A stretch of 64,000 nucleotides of DNA from Paracoccaceae bacterium (GTDB taxonomy: Bacteria > Pseudomonadota > Alphaproteobacteria > Rhodobacterales > Rhodobacteraceae): NCBI GenBank assembly GCA_047623825.1, contig JBLHOS010000002.1, forward strand, positions 39,776-103,775. Reading direction: 5' to 3'. The notes beneath the pieces were generated by a model that was given only the letters and a program-made list of their open reading frames with translations, searched no databases and had not been told where the DNA came from. Within the stretch, counting starts at the first letter, position 1; each line of letters opens with the position of its first letter. Made by a program: the position numbers and the translations under genes. Positions 57,986 through 64,000 of this stretch are shown here, piece by piece.

Positions 57986-58220
57986 CTATTGGTTGTCATG
58001 ATCGAGGGTGGCTTCAAATTTCCCGTCCAGATCACTCGGCAGGAACTTGTTTTCAAACAGGATCCTGTTCTTCAGGCTTTGTGCCATCGTTGTGTTGTCC
58101 TGCCATGGTTTGCTTCCAAACCATGACAGAGGTCTTACTTTGGGTTTAGGGATGATACGGCGCGCCAAGCGAGTGCTGCATGGTTCTGTCCCGCAACCAC
58201 TCAGTAAGCGTATCCCCCAT
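57986..58220 (-). pseudogene. DDE (rve) transposase remnant, C-terminal part only, with internal stop, frameshift and a roughly 40-nt insertion
   Basis: The minus strand reads GDTLTEWLRDRTMQHSLGAPYHP* and then, in another frame, MAQSLKNRILFENKFLPSDLDGKFEATLDHDNQ*. Together these match the conserved ...L.eWL...gm.H.rGAPYHPQTQGKIERWHQTLKNRILLENYYLPGDLE..I..FV.HYN block of IS3/IS481-type integrase cores. Confidence 0.65.
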
Positions 58221-58225
58221 TTTTG

Positions 58226-58906
58226 TTACAGCAATGCCAGTAACTTGCGCGCGGCTTCTTCAGAAGAAGCTGGGTTCTGGCCGGTAATCAGCTTGCCATC
58301 CACCACCACATAAGAGGCCCAGTCGTCACCTTTTTCATACTGACCGCCGTTCGCTTTCAGCATGTCTTCGACAAGGAACGGCACCACGTTGGTCAGGCCA
58401 ACAGCATCTTCCTCAGTGTTGGTAAACCCTGTCACGGACTTGCCAGACACCAGCGGCTTGCCATCAGCGCCTTTGGTGTTCTTGAACACGGCGGGTGCAT
58501 GGCAGACGGCCCCTACGGGACGATCGCTTTGCCAGAACGTTTCAATCAGCTTGATGCTGTCGGCGTCTTTGGACAGGTCCCACAATGGGCCATGGCCACC
58601 GGGATAGAAGATGGCGTCAAAGCCGTCGGCGTCGACCGTGGACAGCACATTGCTGTTGGCCAGAGCATGTTGCGCCGCGTCGTCTGCCTTGAACCTCTTG
58701 GTGTCTTCGGTTTGGGCGTTCTCACCATCGCTGCTGGGGTCCAGCGGCGGCTGGCCACCTTTGGGTGATGCCAGCGTAATCTGGGCACCAGCGTCCTTGA
58801 ATACATAGTAGGGGGCCGCGAACTCTTCGAGCCAAAAGCCTGTTTTGTTGCCAGTATCACCCAGCTGATCGTGAGATGTCAGAACCATCAGAATGTTCAT
58901 GTTCAT
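58226..58906 (-). CDS. DJ-1/PfpI family type-1 glutamine amidotransferase-like protein
   Basis: 226 aa: ILMVLTSHDQLGDTGNKTGFWLEEFAAPYYVF, nucleophile elbow GAVCHAPAVF. Confidence 0.85.
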   Translation of the reverse strand: MNMNILMVLTSHDQLGDTGNKTGFWLEEFAAPYYVFKDAGAQITLASPKGGQPPLDPSSDGENAQTEDTKRFKADDAAQHALANSNVLSTVDADGFDAIFYPGGHGPLWDLSKDADSIKLIETFWQSDRPVGAVCHAPAVFKNTKGADGKPLVSGKSVTGFTNTEEDAVGLTNVVPFLVEDMLKANGGQYEKGDDWASYVVVDGKLITGQNPASSEEAARKLLALL

Positions 58907-58923
58907 GTCCTTTTGTTGATTTT

Positions 58924-59955
58924 TTAGTCGTTCAGATGGATGACGCGTTTCCCGAACGCCTCACCCTTGAGGAGCCCGATAAAGGCGGCGGGTGCGCGGT
59001 CCAGACCTTCGATCATTTCCTCACGGTAAGTGATCTTTCCCTCTTTGACCCACGCGCCCATCTGCTGAGCAAATTCGGGGTAAAGGTAGCCAAAATCGTC
59101 AAAAACGATAAAGCCGCGCATGGTGGCCCGTAAACGCAGCAGTTGCCCCATCAGATAGTTCATCCGGTCAGGTCCATCGGGCAATGAAGTGGCGTTATAC
59201 TGCGAGATAAGGCCACAAACCGGAATGCGCGCTGACGGGTTCAGCAGGGGGAGGACGGCGTCGAAAACGGCACCGCCGACGTTCTCAAAGTAGACATCGA
59301 TCCCATTTGCCGCCGCCGCTTTGAGTGCTCGGGGAAAGCCGTCGGCCTTGTAGTCGATGCAGGCATCAAAACCCAAACTATTGACCACATGATCACATTT
59401 TTCAGCGCCGCCCGCGATCCCTATCACCTTAAGACCAAGGATCTTGCCGATTTGGCCGACAGTTGCGCCGACCGGACCGCTGGCGCCTGCAACCACAAGA
59501 GTTTCGCCAGCTTTCGGCAACCCGATCCGTGTTAGACCTGCCCAAGCAGTTAAACCCGGCATTCCCAGCACCCCAAGCGCCCAAGATGAGTTTTTGGGAT
59601 CTTTGCCGATGTTGATGACGCCTTTGCCATCCGAAAGTGCGTAGTCCTGCCAGCCGCCAAAGGCGACGACCCAATCGCCCGGCTCAAAGCCTGCAACATC
59701 TGATGATACGACCTGCGATACGGTGCCGCCAATCATCACGCCACCGATCTCAACTGGATCAGCATACGATTTTGCGGCACTCATCCGGCCGCGCATGTAC
59801 GGATCCAGCGACAGATATTCGTTTCGCAGTAACATCTGGCCTTTGCCAGATACGGGGACATCACCTGTTTCCATCCGTAGAGTGTTTTCGGTTGGCTCGC
59901 CCTTAGGACGTTCTGCCAGCACGAACCTGCGGTTCAATCTAGCGGTCTGGGTCAT
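58924..59955 (-). CDS. NADP-dependent oxidoreductase, medium-chain reductase family (YncB/CurA/alkenal reductase type)
   Basis: 343 aa: RRFVLAERPKGEPT...EYLSLDPYMRGRM, and the Rossmann motif VVAGASGPVGATVGQIGK. Confidence 0.85.
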   Translation of the reverse strand: MTQTARLNRRFVLAERPKGEPTENTLRMETGDVPVSGKGQMLLRNEYLSLDPYMRGRMSAAKSYADPVEIGGVMIGGTVSQVVSSDVAGFEPGDWVVAFGGWQDYALSDGKGVINIGKDPKNSSWALGVLGMPGLTAWAGLTRIGLPKAGETLVVAGASGPVGATVGQIGKILGLKVIGIAGGAEKCDHVVNSLGFDACIDYKADGFPRALKAAAANGIDVYFENVGGAVFDAVLPLLNPSARIPVCGLISQYNATSLPDGPDRMNYLMGQLLRLRATMRGFIVFDDFGYLYPEFAQQMGAWVKEGKITYREEMIEGLDRAPAAFIGLLKGEAFGKRVIHLND

Positions 59956-60321
59956 CGGTTGGTTTCCTTTGAAGTCAGATTATATTTCAGCGATCGGTCG
60001 AAGCTGCCATCAACACAGATGCCCGCAGTCGTGGAGTAACGAGTTGCGGGGTTCAAGGTTCCAAAGAACTGTAGAGGATTGCCGAATACATTGACCCATA
60101 ACTATGATCGAAAAGTTTCGATACAACTCCGTCTGTGTCTTCGGCTTTGACCAGCAGTACCTGCCTTCCATATCAGCGGGTGACCCTCTGATGACCCCAG
60201 AAGGATCTATTGGCGGCAATGTTTGCCGACCAACGATTTGACCTCAAAATTCCTGTGGGATGGACATGCGGCCTGAATGTGACGGCTGCGTTAAGGCCTA
60301 GTTTCGGTGTAACGCCAACTT

Positions 60322-60957
60322 TCAGTCGCCAAACCATACCGGCGCGTGGCCTTCTGACCAGGGCATGTATTTGGTCATGACCAGAGCAAACTGTTCACTT
60401 TCCAAAAACCGTGTCAGCCAAGTTATCAAGTCAGGCCAAGCCTGTGCATCAAACCACTCACGGTCGATGTTGGCAAACTGACGTACGAACGGCAAGATCG
60501 CGTGATCTGCAATTGTCGGACGGTCCCCAAACAGTGAATTCTGGCCTTTGAGACGCTGATCAAGGCCTACCAGAAACGCGGCAGCTTTTGTACGCTCAGC
60601 GTTTGCGTCCAACTTGGGATAACGCGCCGCATACTTCGTATGATCCAGCGCCGCCTTGAATGGACCATCATTTGTATCAATCAGGTCCCAGCCTTCTTCG
60701 GGCATGTGCAAAAGCCCCCAAGGATCGTTTCTTTCAAGCGCCCAGACCATGATATCAGCGCTCTCATCGAGCACGCGATCACGCAACACAAGCGCGGGCA
60801 CCGTGGCAGAGGCTGATGCGTCTAGAAACGCCTGCGGTTTGTCCTTCAGTAGAATTTCGCGCAGCTCGACTCTGACGCCCGAACTTTTCAGCGCGAGGCG
60901 GGCACGCATTGCATATGGGCAGCGTCGAAACGTCCAAAAGATCGGATCTTGGGCCAT
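60322..60957 (-). CDS. Glutathione S-transferase family protein
   Basis: 211 aa with a thioredoxin-like N-domain (FRRCPYAMRARLAL...TVPALVL) and a helical C-domain. Confidence 0.75.
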   Translation of the reverse strand: MAQDPIFWTFRRCPYAMRARLALKSSGVRVELREILLKDKPQAFLDASASATVPALVLRDRVLDESADIMVWALERNDPWGLLHMPEEGWDLIDTNDGPFKAALDHTKYAARYPKLDANAERTKAAAFLVGLDQRLKGQNSLFGDRPTIADHAILPFVRQFANIDREWFDAQAWPDLITWLTRFLESEQFALVMTKYMPWSEGHAPVWFGD

Positions 60958-61181
60958 ATCAAGAGCTATCTCGCATTACGTAATGCGGTCAATCGAAGAC
61001 ATCATATTTATGAAGTCTACTTCAAAAATGCGAGGGACCGCATAAATGATCGGGCTCAGAAAACCGCGACCGGGCCGAAAGCGCGCGGTGGTTCCAAATC
61101 TCCAAGCCGTTTCAAGGCGTCTTGCCAAACCCGCGCTGCGTTCATATTTTGTTCTGAGACTCAGTTGAGGAAACAGTCGTG

Positions 61182-61460
61182 ATGGACTCAGACGAAAGCG
61201 CCCCAAAGGTGCACTATATTTGCCAAACCTACGTTGAAAAGAAGGTTGGGCACGCACAACAGGCCAGCCTGCAGGTTGATAAGCAATTCCAATACTCGAC
61301 GGCTTCACAAGCGCAAGAACGAGCAGAGCGCGAAAGCCGCTCCGAGAATTGTGCCGGTGCTGACGCGTACATGGTTGTGGAGGATCCAAATTCTGGTGAG
61401 GTCGGCACGCCGACCTTCTTGGTAAGGCTTGGGTCAGTCCCAGAATTCGATGCGTTCTGA
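61182..61460 (+). CDS. Small conserved hypothetical protein
   Basis: 92 aa (MDSDESAPKVHYICQTYVEKK...VGTPTFLVRLGSVPEFDAF). GAGGA SD 10 nt upstream of ATG 61182. Plausible coding composition but no recognisable motif. Confidence 0.45.
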   Translation: MDSDESAPKVHYICQTYVEKKVGHAQQASLQVDKQFQYSTASQAQERAERESRSENCAGADAYMVVEDPNSGEVGTPTFLVRLGSVPEFDAF

Positions 61461-62107
61461 ACCGGATAGATTTTGTCGCAGAGCAAATAGTGCAGAATAA
61501 TCTCTATGCTTCAACAGCAGCAATATAGGGGCTGTACGGCAGTGGGGGCGTGGTCAGTCAATGCCTCTGAGCCGCCGATGGCGGTCAGCCGTGCAGGTGT
61601 TCCTTTAGCCTTGTGGGTGATACCAAACCTTTAGATGACCGTCGCAAATCCCTGCATGGCGGCGCGTCACCGAGACATCATCGATGTGCAGCGCGGTAAG
61701 GGGAAATAGATGCAGCGCGATATCGCATAATTGTTGGTATAGCGTCGGCGCGGTCAGTTTGCGCCATTAGGCGGCCAACGCGGCTTTCCCTGATGATCAC
61801 ACGGATACGATCTACCGTTGATGCCGTCTAGCTGACCAAGTCCATTATGACGGATCTCTGCATTCGTTGTTTGTTGTGCGAAATCTTAGTTTAGGCTTGG
61901 ATATGGCAGCGCTTATGCAATCCTCTATGAATGTTATCGCTGTACGGACCTGTCCGAATATTGAGGCTTCAGTAGTTTTCGTTGGCTGTTCGCACAATGT
62001 GTTTCCAGTGGTATTTTCCGTCTATTCTTCAATATCGTTGCGGACATTGACCCGGACCAAGTTGCGTTTGAGCAGGTGTAGGGACGCTGAAGTTGATCAT
62101 TCTTAAA

Positions 62108-62149
62108 ATTGAGCGATCACTCAAGTTTTTTATTGAGTAATCGCTCAAT
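62108..62149. promoter_or_regulatory. Two 18-bp palindromic operators ATTGAGCGATCACTCAAG and ATTGAGTAATCGCTCAAT separated by TTTTTT, overlapping a likely promoter of the CMD gene
   Basis: Read directly. Each site is ATTGAG-N6-CTCAA(T/G). Site 2 is the reverse complement of site 1 at 16 of 18 positions. The sites lie 52-93 nt upstream of ATG 62201. TTGAGT (-35-like) and TATTTG (-10-like) are 17 bp apart. Confidence 0.55.
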
Positions 62150-62200
62150 AATCTCTATTTGAGGTTCAGACGAAACACGGAACGGAGCATTAGAATCTAT

Positions 62201-62755
62201 ATGACAAACTTCACTATCCACACTCTTGATACGGCCCCCACTGACGCTAAGCCTGCACTGGAAACATCGTTCAAGAACAATGGCCGCATCCCTGGTTTGC
62301 ACGGCGTAATGGCCGATGCACCGGGTCTTTTGGCGGCCTATAATTTTGCGCATCAGCAATTCATGGCGACCAGCCTTGACGCAGAGGAAAAGACCGTTGT
62401 TTGGCAATCTGTCAACGTAGAGCAGAATTGCCACTATTGCGTGCCCGCACACACAGGTATCGCGAAGATGATGAAGGTGGATGATGCGATCACCGAGGCA
62501 CTTCGCAACGAGACACCGCTGCCAACGGCCAAGCTTGAGGCACTGCGGAACTTTACCCTTAGCGTTGTTCGAAATCGCGGGTTTGTGGTCTCGTCTGATA
62601 CACAGGCTTTCCTTGATGCGGGCTACACAGAGCGTAACATCCTAGAGGTGATCTTGGGCGTGTCCCAAAAGGTTATGTCAAACTACACAAACCATTTTGC
62701 CCAGACACCTGTCGATGAGGTGTTCCAAAAATTCGCTTGGCAAAAAGCAGAATAA
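62201..62755 (+). CDS. Carboxymuconolactone decarboxylase (AhpD-like) family protein
   Basis: 184 aa with the CMD/AhpD redox motif NCHYCVPAH. ATG 62201 chosen; the ORF-track start is 62159. Confidence 0.8.
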   Translation: MTNFTIHTLDTAPTDAKPALETSFKNNGRIPGLHGVMADAPGLLAAYNFAHQQFMATSLDAEEKTVVWQSVNVEQNCHYCVPAHTGIAKMMKVDDAITEALRNETPLPTAKLEALRNFTLSVVRNRGFVVSSDTQAFLDAGYTERNILEVILGVSQKVMSNYTNHFAQTPVDEVFQKFAWQKAE

Positions 62756-62766
62756 TGAAAACAGAT

Positions 62767-62787
62767 GGCCTGCGAAAACGGCAGGCC
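62767..62787 (+). terminator. Hairpin GGCCTGC-GAAAACG-GCAGGCC after the CMD gene (weak T tract)
   Basis: A 7-bp GC-rich stem 12 nt after the stop, followed by gtcaccATTATTT. It is a modest terminator candidate. Confidence 0.4.
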
Positions 62788-62876
62788 GTCACCATTATTT
62801 GAAATTTGAAATGCGACATGCCAAAAATACTGAAACGCTTGGCGCAGTGTGGTGATCCTTCGCCGGTTCGCCCATT

Positions 62877-62903
62877 GGGTCAAAATCTGATTGGCTTTGA
62901 CCC
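62877..62903. promoter_or_regulatory. Inverted repeat GGGTCAAA-N11-TTTGACCC upstream of the DsbA-family gene
   Basis: Read directly; lies 73 nt upstream of ATG 62976. It could be an operator or an RNA hairpin. Confidence 0.25.
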
Positions 62904-62975
62904 TTTGCTGAGTGACTTTAGGTGCGCTGTGACGGCGCAGTGTTTGCATAGATAAGACATGCCCCAGGAGGCGAT

Positions 62976-63629
62976 ATGACCGGACAAGCATCCCCGATGA
63001 GGATTGATATCATTTCAGATGTGATGTGCCCTTGGTGCGTCATCGGCTATCGCCAGCTTGCTATTGCGTTAGACGCAAAAGGCGTGACGCATGAGATCCA
63101 CTGGCATCCGTTTGAGCTGAACCCAAATATGCCGCCAGCGGGTCAAGACATGCGTGAGCATGTAGCTGAAAAATACGGCACAACGCCCGCACAATCAGAC
63201 GCAAGCCGCGCGCAAATGTCTGCGCTTGGTGACGAGCTTGGCTTTTCGTTTGGTTTTGCTGAGGGTTTTCGTATGCACAATACCTTTAACACGCATCAGT
63301 TGCTTCACTGGGCGGACGGACAGGGGCGTAAACACGACCTCAAACAAGCCTTGTTCACCGCACATTTCACCAACGGACGTGACCTGTCTGATACCAGTGT
63401 TCTGGCTGATATCGCGGCTGAAATTGGACTGGACCGAACAGAGGCTGCCGCAGTTGTGACCGACCAGAGATTTGCCAGCGATGTGCGCCAAGAACAGAAT
63501 TTCTGGACGCAGCAAGGTATTCAAGGGGTGCCTGCCGTCGTGTTTGATCGGCAGCATTTGGTGACGGGCGCGCAGGGTGTTGATAGATATTCGAGCATTC
63601 TTGATCAGCTAGGACAGATGCGTGGTTAG
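62976..63629 (+). CDS. DsbA-family (FrnE-like) thiol:disulfide oxidoreductase
   Basis: 217 aa: IDIISDVMCPWCVIGY (CPWC active site) and GVPAVVF. AGGAGG SD upstream. Confidence 0.85.
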   Translation: MTGQASPMRIDIISDVMCPWCVIGYRQLAIALDAKGVTHEIHWHPFELNPNMPPAGQDMREHVAEKYGTTPAQSDASRAQMSALGDELGFSFGFAEGFRMHNTFNTHQLLHWADGQGRKHDLKQALFTAHFTNGRDLSDTSVLADIAAEIGLDRTEAAAVVTDQRFASDVRQEQNFWTQQGIQGVPAVVFDRQHLVTGAQGVDRYSSILDQLGQMRG

Positions 63630-63658
63630 GAATTTGGGTAAAGTCGGAAGGAAACGGC

Positions 63659-64000
63659 ATGCCTCGCGCAGCAAGATATGATCGCGACGCCGCATTGGAT
63701 GCGGCCATGACGCTTTTTTGGGACAAAGGTTACCATGCGACATCCCTTAAGGACCTTGAGGCGACGCTGAACATGAAACCGGGCAGTATCTATGCCGCGT
63801 TTGACAGCAAAGAACATTTATATCTTTTGGCGCTTGAACGTTATTTCGAACAGTCGCGTGCCGGATTTCGAGCGATGATGTTGCGCGCACGGTCGCCCCT
63901 CACAGGGCTTGCAAGTCATTTCCGCTCTTACGCTCAGCTCGCGCCGAAGGACAAAGCCCGCCAAGCCTGCATGTTGACCAAAACGCTTATCGATACGCGC
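63659..64000 (+). CDS. TetR/AcrR family transcriptional regulator, N-terminal part (3' end outside window)
   Basis: ATG 63659 follows GGAAGGAAA. The translation is MPRAARYDRDAALDAAMTLFWDKGYHATSLKDLEATLNMKPGSIYAAFDSKEHLYLLALERY..., the canonical TetR HTH. It is not in the ORF track because no stop codon lies in the window. Confidence 0.85.
   Translation, partial: MPRAARYDRDAALDAAMTLFWDKGYHATSLKDLEATLNMKPGSIYAAFDSKEHLYLLALERYFEQSRAGFRAMMLRARSPLTGLASHFRSYAQLAPKDKARQACMLTKTLIDTR

Noticed and set aside
61867-62452. ORFs 61867-62106 (+) and 62117-62452 (-) as genes
   Set aside because: The first has an implausible hydrophobic, Ser/Val-rich composition and no SD. The second is antisense to the CMD gene and spans its promoter and operators.

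Overview
This is a 64-kb chromosomal segment whose gene content and composition (mid-50s % GC by eye) fit a marine alphaproteobacterium of the Rhodobacteraceae type. All protein calls rest on motifs I recognise in the supplied translations; no database search was possible. Most of the window is housekeeping and nutrient-scavenging genes. In order:
- A DeoR regulator 3' end, then a 1.2-kb AT-rich gene desert.
- A large RTX-repeat protein ending in a Hint (bacterial intein-like) domain.
- A dimethylglycine-dehydrogenase-like gene with a MobA-like gene, then corC/tlyC.
- xerD, translationally coupled to an exported 500-aa protein of unknown function.
- aroK-aroB, gpt, fabI, pdxH, and a two-domain cold-shock protein coupled to a DUF192 gene.
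- tRNA-Pro(UGG) and the class II (B12-dependent) ribonucleotide reductase nrdJ.
- A LivKGFHM-type ABC importer with a small exported Cys-containing ORF wedged between livF and livH, then a PQQ sugar dehydrogenase.
- A TRAP transporter adjoining a complete urate-to-glyoxylate pathway (puuD, uraH, a puuE-uraD fusion, alc, allA), followed by an HpcH aldolase, an unknown protein and yaiI.
- mazG, an M20 amidohydrolase, a flavin reductase, two tandem ureohydrolase paralogs, an acyltransferase, murI, argC and ccmE.
- A GH108 muramidase plus 3-TM holin pair of the kind used for gene-transfer-agent release.
- An M20 peptidase, a cupin, an RND pump with two different adaptors, and a BCCT transporter.
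- A decay zone holding a dead response-regulator receiver and two transposase fragments.
- A redox/electrophile-stress set: DJ-1/PfpI, NADPH oxidoreductase, GST, AhpD-like CMD, FrnE/DsbA and a TetR 5' end.

I saw no rRNA, CRISPR array, intact IS, prophage, integrase-bounded island or recognisable defence system. The items most worth follow-up are:
- the orphan endolysin-holin cassette;
- the Hint/RTX protein behind an AT-rich desert with tandem DnaA boxes;
- the exported mini-protein inside the liv operon;
- the tandem ureohydrolases;
- the twin 18-bp operators upstream of the CMD gene;
- the IS-scarred pseudogene zone.
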